This document shows, piece by piece, positions 19,609-27,964 of a stretch of 64,000 nucleotides of DNA. The translations under genes and the position numbers were made by a program. Position 1 is the first letter of the stretch. Every line of letters starts with the position of its first letter. Under the pieces are notes generated by a model. The model was not told where the DNA came from. It made no database searches and saw only the letters and a list, made by a program, of their open reading frames with translations. The stretch comes from an uncultured Candidatus Saccharibacteria bacterium (lineage in GTDB: Bacteria > Patescibacteriota > Minisyncoccia > Phycocordibacterales > UBA9973). Location: the NCBI GenBank assembly GCA_964639185.1, contig CAZXCN010000004.1:174-64173 (forward strand), in the 5' to 3' direction.

Positions 19609-19641
19609 ACAAAACCCCTCCAATAATTTGGAGGGGTTTAT
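19609..19641 (-). terminator. Hairpin aaacccctcc-N8-ggaggggttt
   Basis: 10-bp GC-rich stem with flanking A/T. Lies between the rpsR terminator and the start of the 441-aa gene. Similar in sequence to the hairpin at 49664..49689. Confidence 0.5.
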
Positions 19642-19774
19642 AATCGAGAAATTTTTACAATAAATCAACGACAAGCCTCTCCAAACTATTTATGTTTGAA
19701 TGCCAGAAACTATATCGTGTAAATTTATTACTCATAAATCCATCATATAATACTCATTTTAAAAGTCAAGCAAT

Positions 19775-19815
19775 ACACAAAATTCCCTAGGCAAGACCTA
19801 GGGAATTTTGTGTAT
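19775..19815 (-). terminator. rho-independent terminator of the rpsF-ssb-rpsR operon; copy B of the palindromic element acacaaaattccctagg-N-cctagggaattttgtgt
   Basis: 17-bp perfect stem immediately after the rpsR stop. Stem arms nearly identical to the hairpin at 17062..17098. Confidence 0.7.
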
Positions 19816-19820
19816 TTAGC

Positions 19821-20021
19821 TTATTTTGCTACGAATGGTAGAAGGCCCATGAAGCGAGCGCGCTTGATAGCTTCAGATAGCTTGCGCTGGTTCTTTGCTG
19901 TCACGTTTGTACGACGGCGTGCCATCATACGAGCGTTTGGAGCAAGGAAACGACGAAGTAATTCTATGTCCTTGTAGTCAATATGCTTTATATTGTTTGA
20001 AGAAAAATAATCTTGTTTCAT
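19821..20021 (-). CDS. rpsR: 30S ribosomal protein S18
   Basis: 'RRFLAPNARMMARRRTNVTAKNQRKLSEAIKRARFMGLLPF' matches the conserved S18 core. Confidence 0.85.
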   Translation of the reverse strand: MKQDYFSSNNIKHIDYKDIELLRRFLAPNARMMARRRTNVTAKNQRKLSEAIKRARFMGLLPFVAK

Positions 20022-20048
20022 AATTTTATAATTTAAACTGTTAATTGT

Positions 20049-20498
20049 TTAGAACGGGATATCCTCAGAAGTTATGTCATCTTGTGGGTAGTCGATAGTA
20101 TCCAAACCACTGTCATCAGATTGTGGAGCTGTCTGCTTTGGGGTAGAACCTTGTGAACCACCTGAGCCACCTGCATTACCGAACTGTACACGATCTGCAA
20201 CTACTTCTGTACGGTACTTCTTTGTACCTGTAGCCTGATCATCCCAACTACGTGTCTGCATACGGCCTTCTACCAATAGGTTGCTACCCTTCTTCATATA
20301 CTGGGCAACTGTTTCAGCTTGGCGACCAAATACAACAACATTATGATAATCAGCAGCTTCCTGTTTTACACCATTCTGGTCCTTCCAGACACGGTTAGTA
20401 GCAACTGAAAAACTGCACACTTTGATACCTGAAGGGAGAGTTTTCAACTCTGGATCGCGAGTTAGGTTCCCTATTATTAATGCTTTATTTAGATACAT
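20049..20498 (-). CDS. ssb: Single-stranded DNA-binding protein
   Basis: OB-fold 'MYLNKALIIGNLTRDPELK', Gly-rich tail and acidic C-terminal 'DIPF'. Confidence 0.9.
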   Translation of the reverse strand: MYLNKALIIGNLTRDPELKTLPSGIKVCSFSVATNRVWKDQNGVKQEAADYHNVVVFGRQAETVAQYMKKGSNLLVEGRMQTRSWDDQATGTKKYRTEVVADRVQFGNAGGSGGSQGSTPKQTAPQSDDSGLDTIDYPQDDITSEDIPF

Positions 20499-20529
20499 AT
20501 AGGTTTATTAGATTAAACTACTAATAACT

Positions 20530-20997
20530 TTATTCTAACACAAGAGCGTCAATATCCTTATCGATAGTCTCCTCATCGATAGGCTCTGCTAGCTTTGCTT
20601 CAGCTGCTGCAGAAGGACGACGCTTTGAAGCATCTTTTGTGTAAGTACGCTTTGTAGACATTGTACTTTCGCGAACAGTCTTGATCATAAGATATCTTAT
20701 TACAGATTCGTTCTTATCAAGATTTGCTTTTACTGTCAAAGCATTCTCAGTTGGAAGTTCAAATTTTACCCAGCCAAAATAGCCTGTAGTAAATTTATTC
20801 TTCTTGTTTGCAATGTTACGTGACATCTCATATGCAAGTTCCATCATCTTTGGATACTCATCTGAAATGAATTGTGCACCATTAAGAGATAGCATATCCT
20901 TTAAAGATGTAACTTCACCCCCAACATTTTCTTCCGCAATAGTAGGTACCAATAGGTAGCCGACTTCATATACGGTCATTTTTGATTCTTTTTCCAT
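20530..20997 (-). CDS. rpsF: 30S ribosomal protein S6
   Basis: 'YEVGYLLVP...' S6 N-terminus with an acidic C-terminal tail. Canonical rpsF-ssb-rpsR order. Confidence 0.85.
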   Translation of the reverse strand: MEKESKMTVYEVGYLLVPTIAEENVGGEVTSLKDMLSLNGAQFISDEYPKMMELAYEMSRNIANKKNKFTTGYFGWVKFELPTENALTVKANLDKNESVIRYLMIKTVRESTMSTKRTYTKDASKRRPSAAAEAKLAEPIDEETIDKDIDALVLE

Positions 20998-21111
20998 AAA
21001 AATACGTTAATTTTAATTTTAATAATACTTCTCGCTACGGACCTAAGTGATACGCTTTCAGTAGCGCATCAAACGAGACTTGGTTATATTAGCAGAAATA
21101 AGCCATTTTGT
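20998..21111 (-). promoter_or_regulatory. Possible structured rpsF 5' leader (S6:S18 autoregulatory-type)
   Basis: Inverted repeat cgctac...gtagcg within 'ctcgtttgatgcgctactgaaagcgtatcacttaggtccgtagcgagaag', about 30 nt upstream of the rpsF ATG. Confidence 0.25.
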
Positions 21112-21942
21112 CTACATGTTAAAAGTCTTTATAATTTTGCTTTTTATTTGATCTATATCATCTTCTTGCTTTTGGGCACTATTACTTTTGTATAAATCAG
21201 AATGATAAACTTTCAAAGCTTCATCTAAAGTTTCTGGAATCTTTATCGTTTTATTTACGTCACTCCTATTCTCAAAAGTTTTTAAGTCAAAGTGTACAGA
21301 TTTCCATATTTTTTCTGCCATATTTTTGTCGGGCAAGGCATTAATTTTTTCTAAAAATAAATGCCTATATTTTTCAATACCAGTCCCAACACGTGCATGG
21401 AACATACCAGCAATCGCAGGACCAATATGAGCGATTTTAGGTTCTTTCTTTATTAAAGAATTTTTTTCCTCATCAGACATTTCAGAATTATATTTTGACT
21501 CAACCATCTTTTTATACTCTTCATGCATTTTCTCAAACTCAATAAAATAGTCAATTGAATTTTCCAAAATCTCATCACTTAAAACCTTCGTTCGTAAATC
21601 ATGATAATATTTTTCAAAATCATCCTCAGAAAGATTTAGCTTATTTTTAAACTTAGATAAATATAGTGATTCTAGTAGTTGCGAGTTGTCTATCCATATA
21701 TCTTTTGGTATTTTTTCTTCGTCAATATAAATAAATGCATCTATGTCACTATCAATATTAGCTTGTTCCCCTTTTATCATTGACCCATACACAGTAGCAC
21801 CAAGAGCTTCAGGGTGTTCTTTTTGAAATCCCTTAACTGTATTACGAAAGTTATCTAGCCTTGCATGAGCAATACTTTCAGTAGCAGGTAAAAATCTTGG
21901 TTCTTGCCCTTTATTTATTTTATCTATAATTTGCTCGTTCAT
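21112..21942 (-). CDS. Pol-beta-superfamily nucleotidyltransferase with helical C-terminal domain
   Basis: 'YGSMIKGEQANIDSDIDAFIY' fits the GSx9-11[DE]h[DE]h nucleotidyltransferase motif. Start overlaps the tatD stop region. Confidence 0.5.
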   Translation of the reverse strand: MNEQIIDKINKGQEPRFLPATESIAHARLDNFRNTVKGFQKEHPEALGATVYGSMIKGEQANIDSDIDAFIYIDEEKIPKDIWIDNSQLLESLYLSKFKNKLNLSEDDFEKYYHDLRTKVLSDEILENSIDYFIEFEKMHEEYKKMVESKYNSEMSDEEKNSLIKKEPKIAHIGPAIAGMFHARVGTGIEKYRHLFLEKINALPDKNMAEKIWKSVHFDLKTFENRSDVNKTIKIPETLDEALKVYHSDLYKSNSAQKQEDDIDQIKSKIIKTFNM

Positions 21943-21944
21943 AT

Positions 21945-22784
21945 TTATATATTAAACACCCTTTTGGCATTTACTACAAGCTGGCTCGCTACTTCTTCAA
22001 CTAGCAGACCTTTGATTTCAGCGATTTTTTTGACTACTTCTATCACGTATACCGGCTCATTGCGCTTGCCCCTGTATGGCACTGGTGTGATGTATGGCGA
22101 ATCAGTTTCCGACATTATCATATCAAGTGGTGTGGCGCGAACAACCTCATCATAATCATGAGTAAATGTAATCACACCTGTAAAAGAAAGGGTAAAACCA
22201 AAATCAACAAACCCTTTTGCATCCTCAAGTGTACCAGCAAAGAAGTGCACGTCCCCCTTCACCTTTGCATGTTCTTTTAATATTTCCAATGCATCACTAT
22301 AAGCATTCAATTCTTTACTTTCAGGATTATTTCTAATGTGTAGCATCAAAGGCTTGTTAAATTCATTTGCGAGATTTATCTGCTCAATAAATGCTTCTTT
22401 CTGTTTTGCAATTGTCTCCTCGGTGCATCGATAATAATCAAGTCCGCATTCCCCTATTGCTACAACTTTTGGATCTACAATTAATTTTTTGTATTCTTCA
22501 TAATCAAAAACTTCACCACGACTTGTAAATGCTTTGCCTTCTTCGCCTAGCTCTTTTGTATCATGAAATGAAGCGCCTGTATGTATCGGGTGTAATCCGA
22601 TAATTGCATATACCCCGTCATATTTATTTGCCATCTCTACTGCAAAGCGTGATGTATCTATCTGTGTACCAACATTGATCACGGCAACACCTGCATCAAG
22701 AGCTCGCTCAATAACGGCATCCCGATCTTCATCAAATGCCTTGAAATTCACATGTGAATGTATGTCTATATATTTAAAGTCCAT
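21945..22784 (-). CDS. tatD: TatD-family metal-dependent hydrolase/DNase
   Basis: 'IDIHSHVNF', 'AIGECGLDY', 'HIRN', 'VHFFAG' TatD motifs. Confidence 0.85.
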   Translation of the reverse strand: MDFKYIDIHSHVNFKAFDEDRDAVIERALDAGVAVINVGTQIDTSRFAVEMANKYDGVYAIIGLHPIHTGASFHDTKELGEEGKAFTSRGEVFDYEEYKKLIVDPKVVAIGECGLDYYRCTEETIAKQKEAFIEQINLANEFNKPLMLHIRNNPESKELNAYSDALEILKEHAKVKGDVHFFAGTLEDAKGFVDFGFTLSFTGVITFTHDYDEVVRATPLDMIMSETDSPYITPVPYRGKRNEPVYVIEVVKKIAEIKGLLVEEVASQLVVNAKRVFNI

Positions 22785-22785
22785 G

Positions 22786-23253
22786 TTAATTTTTAATCAC
22801 GAAATCAACATATTTATAAAATTGGGCTTCTGGGTTTATTTCTTTTAATTTTTCTGATGTTATATAACATACAGGGCTCTCATGAGCATACTTATGACTA
22901 AAACCATGATACTTCCCATTTATATCATAAACACCATTAGGACTAACGTATTTTCCATCAACTTGTTTACAAATAATAGGACCATTTATATAGTCAAGAA
23001 GAATAATTATAGCGTACATGCTGAAAAAAAGAATAAAGCACATTTTAATCCAGACCTTTCTGGGAAATAATCGACGAATAAGAAAAATAATAAGTGTTAT
23101 TCCTAAAAATGAAAAAAGCAGCCAGTAACCATAATCTATGCGAGATGGAGCTCCAAATACTGACTCATGCACAAGAATATATATACCTGTTGGAAGAATT
23201 GCAATAAAAGCACTATATAAAAAATCTTTTATTATTGGAATTATCTTTTGCAT
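22786..23253 (-). CDS. Hypothetical membrane protein
   Basis: Three or four hydrophobic helices. Located between metG and tatD. Confidence 0.4.
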   Translation of the reverse strand: MQKIIPIIKDFLYSAFIAILPTGIYILVHESVFGAPSRIDYGYWLLFSFLGITLIIFLIRRLFPRKVWIKMCFILFFSMYAIIILLDYINGPIICKQVDGKYVSPNGVYDINGKYHGFSHKYAHESPVCYITSEKLKEINPEAQFYKYVDFVIKN

Positions 23254-23270
23254 ACTTTTTATATTAATAA

Positions 23271-24755
23271 TTAATCTTTCCTCAAAAATAACGGTTGCTC
23301 GGGTTTTTTGTTTTCTTTTATTAACTGTTTTAGTTTTGCATTAGTCTCGGGCATTATTGGGTTGAGCATTCTTGCTATGGTATACAATTCAACCATCATT
23401 TCTGATATTAATTCTTTCCCCTTTTCTAAATCTACCTTTACCACTTTGAATGGCTCTGTTGTTTGGATTTTTTTATCCAAATCTTGGATTTTATCCCAAA
23501 TAAAATCTGTAGCTTTTTTAATATCAAAACTTTCTAAATAAGTAAAAAATTCTTGAGGGATTGAATTCTCTGGAACCTCAGGACAGCCATCTAAATATTT
23601 TTCGGAAAGTGTAAGCAATCGTGAAGAAAGGTTTCCAAGCCCATTTGCAAGACCCGAATTATAAGCATCTTTGAATCTGTCTATTGTGAATGGGCTATCT
23701 TCAAAATTACTGATCTCGCGCAGTAGGAAGTAACGCAATGCATCAGTGCCATATTCGGCCACCACATCACGAGGGTCTACAACATTACCCAGAGTCTTAC
23801 TCATCTTCAGGCCTCCATCGGCCGTAATAAAGCCGTTTACCACTATCTGGTGACTGTTTGGTACATCTGCTGCCATGAGCATAGCTTGCCACATAGCGCT
23901 CTGAAATCGAGTATTATCCTTGCCACAATATTGTGTAGGGTTACCATTGGCCCAGTATTTATCAAAATCTCCTTCTGTTTTAGGCCATCCTAAAGTCGAT
24001 ATATAGTTGGTCAGTGCGTCGAACCATACATACATCACCTGCTCCTCATCGCCCGGCACGGGTATTCCCCAAGGCATTTTTGATTTGAGGCGTGATATAG
24101 AGAAATCTTGCAAGCCATTCGTTACAAAAGTTTTTATTTCATTGAATCTAAATTCAGGGATGACAAAATCAGGATTCTTTTCATAAAATTGCAAAAGCTT
24201 TTCACTAAATGCAGAATATTTAAAAAAGTAATTTTCTTCATTTATCACCTCGAGCTTCCTACCAATATGATCTGGGCATTCACTATTCTCATCTAACTCA
24301 GAATCAGTCTTCTCGCTCTCACACCCTACACAATATTTAGTTTCGTAATTCTTCTTATATATATAGCCATTGTCTTGAACCCGCTTCCACAATTCCTGCG
24401 CAGCCTCTTCATGATTTTTATCAGTAGTACGAATAAAATGAACTTCATCAGTAACTCCAAACATTGCTAATTGTTGCTTAAATACTTCAAAGCCACGGTC
24501 CACGAAATCTTGGGCACTTATACCCTGCTCTTGCGCTTTTTCGTATATTTTTACTCCATGCTCGTCGGTACCTGTATTGAAATACACATCAAAACCTACC
24601 AGCTTTTTATAGCGAGCAATAGTATCAGCACGTACAAATTCAAGAGCATGCCCCATATGAAGTGGTGCATTTACATAAGGAAGCGTTGTTGTAATATAAA
24701 ATGTCTTATTCATGTTATCCTGCTCTGGAAAGAATTTTCTTTTTTTCCAGATCAT
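23271..24755 (-). CDS. metG: Methionyl-tRNA synthetase
   Basis: 'TTTLPYVNAPLHMGHALE' (HIGH) and 'KMSKTLGNVVDP' (KMSKS). An alternative start at Met15 (nt 24713) would remove the 41-nt overlap with the upstream gene. Confidence 0.9.
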   Translation of the reverse strand: MIWKKRKFFPEQDNMNKTFYITTTLPYVNAPLHMGHALEFVRADTIARYKKLVGFDVYFNTGTDEHGVKIYEKAQEQGISAQDFVDRGFEVFKQQLAMFGVTDEVHFIRTTDKNHEEAAQELWKRVQDNGYIYKKNYETKYCVGCESEKTDSELDENSECPDHIGRKLEVINEENYFFKYSAFSEKLLQFYEKNPDFVIPEFRFNEIKTFVTNGLQDFSISRLKSKMPWGIPVPGDEEQVMYVWFDALTNYISTLGWPKTEGDFDKYWANGNPTQYCGKDNTRFQSAMWQAMLMAADVPNSHQIVVNGFITADGGLKMSKTLGNVVDPRDVVAEYGTDALRYFLLREISNFEDSPFTIDRFKDAYNSGLANGLGNLSSRLLTLSEKYLDGCPEVPENSIPQEFFTYLESFDIKKATDFIWDKIQDLDKKIQTTEPFKVVKVDLEKGKELISEMMVELYTIARMLNPIMPETNAKLKQLIKENKKPEQPLFLRKD

Positions 24756-25800
24756 CAGTAAATTCCAAAATCAATACAGCTATAGGTATAGAAAGTATTA
24801 CCCCCCAGAATCCCCCTAATTCAAAACCAATAATAACTGACAAAATAACGATCAACGGTGATATGCCTATTACTTTTTTTACTATTAATGGATATATCAA
24901 ATATGTTTCGAATTGGTGAAGTATTACATACAACCCAAAAGTCATCAATGATAAAGTTACTCCACCATCAATGTAGCTAAATAATACAGCTGGTATTATT
25001 GCAATCAATATTCCAAAAGGTATCAATTCAGTAAAGGCTGTAATTAATGCCAAAACAAAAGCATATTTTACCCCCAGTATTGTTAGCCCGAGATATGTAA
25101 GTGTACCTATTATCAACCCTAGCAACATTTGCCCCTGAATCCATAGACCAATCTTGCGTTCAGTTCTCTGCCACAGACCTATAATATAATCTTCGTGTAC
25201 AGCCGGAGTAATTATTTTAAGAAAATTTTCTATACCTTTTTCTTTTATAGAAAGATAAAAAGAGATTATAATTATCAAAACCATATTAAATACTCCACCA
25301 AAAGCCGTACCAAATATATCAAAAAATCCTCCTGACAAGCTTCCCATTAAATTTTGTGTACTTCGAATCACATCTGTTAGTGAGCCCTTACCAGACAGAC
25401 TCTTTACAACATCTTTTGCAGCATTAGTTGTGTCTGGTTCAAATGTAGAAAAAACACTTGTATTTGGAATATAATTACCAAGCTGGGAAACAAGTGCTGC
25501 CATTTCTTCAATAAAAACTGGTACAAAAACAGAAAATAATCCTATTATAATTCCAAATGATGCAAAATATATTATAAAGACAGAGAGAGTTCGATTTTTT
25601 ATGTATTTCTTGAATTTACTAACAGCAGATGTCACAAATGAAGCAGCAACAATAGACGTAAGTATCACGAGAATCAGGTTTGTAAGCTTAATTAAAGCTA
25701 TTACCAAAAACCCAAAAACTATAACCTTTATAATAGACCCTGTAGAAATATTTACTGATATATTTTTATTATTTTCTGACATATATCTAAATAATAGCAC
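24715..25800 (-). CDS. AI-2E/PerM-family (UPF0118) membrane transporter
   Basis: About 8 TM helices and the size and topology of AI-2E permeases. Call by overall architecture. Confidence 0.5.
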   Translation of the reverse strand: MLLFRYMSENNKNISVNISTGSIIKVIVFGFLVIALIKLTNLILVILTSIVAASFVTSAVSKFKKYIKNRTLSVFIIYFASFGIIIGLFSVFVPVFIEEMAALVSQLGNYIPNTSVFSTFEPDTTNAAKDVVKSLSGKGSLTDVIRSTQNLMGSLSGGFFDIFGTAFGGVFNMVLIIIISFYLSIKEKGIENFLKIITPAVHEDYIIGLWQRTERKIGLWIQGQMLLGLIIGTLTYLGLTILGVKYAFVLALITAFTELIPFGILIAIIPAVLFSYIDGGVTLSLMTFGLYVILHQFETYLIYPLIVKKVIGISPLIVILSVIIGFELGGFWGVILSIPIAVLILEFTDDLEKKKILSRAG

Positions 25801-25806
25801 AATATA

Positions 25807-27078
25807 TTAAAATTTCAGCAATTTTATAAATTTGGCCTTATCTTGAAATGGGCCTATTAGACTCAAGTTTAAATGCTTTTCTTTAAAGATTATTTGGGCT
25901 AATTTCTTTATATCAGAAGATTTTATAGCATTTATTATCTTTGCTCTCTCTTGTATTGTCTTCATCTCGCCTTTCAATATCTCCTGACGGCCAAAATATG
26001 TGGCGATATCATCAGTAGCCTCTAGAGCCAATTTAGTATTGCCGATTATTAGCGACTTTACTTTATCGAGCTCTTTCTTTGGCACATCCTCGGTACACAG
26101 CCTGCTACACTCCTTTAATATTTCTTTTAACACTTCTTCAACTCTATCGTTAGAAACTCCGGCCGATATCTTGAACACTCCATGATCAAGGCTTGCGTCA
26201 TTGTAAGCATTTACATAATATGCCACACCCATCTCTTCACGAAGCTTGATAAAAAGTCGTGAACTCATTCCAGCACCCAATACAGCACCCAATACAGCAA
26301 GAGTTGTATTACGTTTATCAAAAATATCGAAACTCCTTACCCCAAGCACAAAGTGTGTCTGATCAGTAACTTTATGCTTGATCATAACTTCGGGCTTTAA
26401 CTGAATATCTTTTGTTTTAACTTTCTTTGATTGCTTCTTTGTTGGTATATCACGGAAATACTTTTTGGCTTCACCTAATACATCTTTACTATTCACATTA
26501 CCAACTACAACTATAGTCGTAGATCCAGACACATAATGTGCATTCTTGTACTTTACAAAGTCTTCCCTATTTAGACTCTTTACTATCTCGTGAGTACCAG
26601 CAATATTGCGCCCTGCTGGCTGGTCAGCGTACAGAAGCTCGTCGAACAAGTCATGCACATGGCGGTGTGGCATATCCTCGTACATATTGATCTCTTCCAC
26701 TATTACACCCTTCTCCTTATCAATTTCTGTTTGTGGAAATGTCGAGTTAAGATAAATATCGGAAATTATTTCAAAAATCTTTTTGAAATGTTTACTATCG
26801 CTTTTGGCATAGTATCCTGTCATCTCATGGTCAGTAAATGCATTGTATACAGAACCAAGTGAATCTAACTCGTGCGATATACTCTGTGGTGTAGGCCTCT
26901 TGCTAGTTCCTTTGAAGCACATATGCTCTAGGAAGTGTGATATACCATTTACATTCTTGTCCTCATAGTCGCTACCAGTACCTACCAATACAAGTACTGT
27001 CACTGTTGGGTTATCCTTCATAGGCACAGTCACTACCCGTAACCCATTATTAAATGTTGTCTTCTTTGGCTTTTGCAT
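25807..27078 (-). CDS. M16-family (pitrilysin/insulinase-like) zinc peptidase
   Basis: Inverted zincin motif 'HFLEHM' plus 'GTSKRPT' near the N-terminus. Confidence 0.75.
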   Translation of the reverse strand: MQKPKKTTFNNGLRVVTVPMKDNPTVTVLVLVGTGSDYEDKNVNGISHFLEHMCFKGTSKRPTPQSISHELDSLGSVYNAFTDHEMTGYYAKSDSKHFKKIFEIISDIYLNSTFPQTEIDKEKGVIVEEINMYEDMPHRHVHDLFDELLYADQPAGRNIAGTHEIVKSLNREDFVKYKNAHYVSGSTTIVVVGNVNSKDVLGEAKKYFRDIPTKKQSKKVKTKDIQLKPEVMIKHKVTDQTHFVLGVRSFDIFDKRNTTLAVLGAVLGAGMSSRLFIKLREEMGVAYYVNAYNDASLDHGVFKISAGVSNDRVEEVLKEILKECSRLCTEDVPKKELDKVKSLIIGNTKLALEATDDIATYFGRQEILKGEMKTIQERAKIINAIKSSDIKKLAQIIFKEKHLNLSLIGPFQDKAKFIKLLKF

Positions 27079-27080
27079 AA

Positions 27081-27539
27081 TTAATTTACTTTACAATTTA
27101 TAACTTTTTGACCCTCTTCAACAAAACTAATCTCTCCATTAAAAAGCTTATTCTCTATTACATATTTTATCCATTGGTCGTCCCCTGCCCACATTTCTGT
27201 ATAAGGTATCTTATCATAATCAAACCATTCGGGCTTCATCTCCTCTGTTTCTTCTGGTTCACCATTAAATTCATCTATTCTATAGACTACAACCCTTTGA
27301 TCCCATTCCTTTTTATCAGTAAAAAAGAAAACCATATCCCCCAACTTTTTTAATGAATCTTTTTTTATATCCAACCCACTTTCTTCTTTTATTTCTCTTA
27401 TCAATCCATCTTCTGTATTTTCCCCTTCCAATAATTTACCCCCATATCCGTTCCACTTACCTATACCAAAACCTCGCTTCTTCATAGCAAGAAGAATTTT
27501 GTCATTTCTAAACAAAAATCCAAGAGTAAGTGTTGGCAT
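27081..27539 (-). CDS. NUDIX hydrolase
   Basis: Nudix box 'GGKLLEGENTEDGLIREIKEESGL'. Confidence 0.75.
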   Translation of the reverse strand: MPTLTLGFLFRNDKILLAMKKRGFGIGKWNGYGGKLLEGENTEDGLIREIKEESGLDIKKDSLKKLGDMVFFFTDKKEWDQRVVVYRIDEFNGEPEETEEMKPEWFDYDKIPYTEMWAGDDQWIKYVIENKLFNGEISFVEEGQKVINCKVN

Positions 27540-27547
27540 AAAATATT

Positions 27548-27964
27548 TTAAATTACTTCTACAAAAACAATTTTTGCAACGGTGTCGCCTGCTTTTAGTG
27601 TAATAGGTTGAGTATTGTGATTCACTATTTCAAGAGTTATTTCATTATCAGTTTTTGGATGACAAAACGAGGAACTCTGGGCTACATCTAAACCTTTTCT
27701 TGCTAAAGAACTTGTAGTAAAGACAAGAGCGGCAATATCAGGAGATAGTGTTATCTTTTCTTGTGTTCTTCCTAGTAAAAAACTCCCAGATGGAATAACT
27801 TTACCAAAAGAAGAAACTGGCTCCCATTTCTGACTTACCTCATCAAAAATAGAACCTATTTTTAAATCATAACTAGCTTCTTCTAACAAATTCAAGTCAA
27901 AAGGATTAATTAAAATTAGTTTTTCTTCAATCTTTTTTAAAATTGTTTGTTTTGAAAAAATCAT
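27548..27964 (-). CDS. dCTP deaminase/dUTPase-family protein (short paralog, possible dUTPase)
   Basis: 'ASYDLKIG', 'TSSLARKGL', 'EITLEIVNH' align with Dcd/Dut-family motifs. Only 138 aa. Confidence 0.55.
   Translation of the reverse strand: MIFSKQTILKKIEEKLILINPFDLNLLEEASYDLKIGSIFDEVSQKWEPVSSFGKVIPSGSFLLGRTQEKITLSPDIAALVFTTSSLARKGLDVAQSSSFCHPKTDNEITLEIVNHNTQPITLKAGDTVAKIVFVEVI

Noticed and set aside
21112-22784. Possible CBASS-like pair (nucleotidyltransferase plus nuclease)
   Set aside because: The 'nuclease' is housekeeping TatD in its conserved metG-tatD context. The NTase motif is the generic Pol-beta GS..D.D signature with no cyclase-specific features.
23271-24755. 41-nt overlap between the metG start and the upstream permease gene
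   Set aside because: I kept the track coordinates. An internal Met15 start (nt 24713) that gives a 1-nt spacer and a more typical MetRS N-terminus is probably the true start. This is not evidence of a frameshift.
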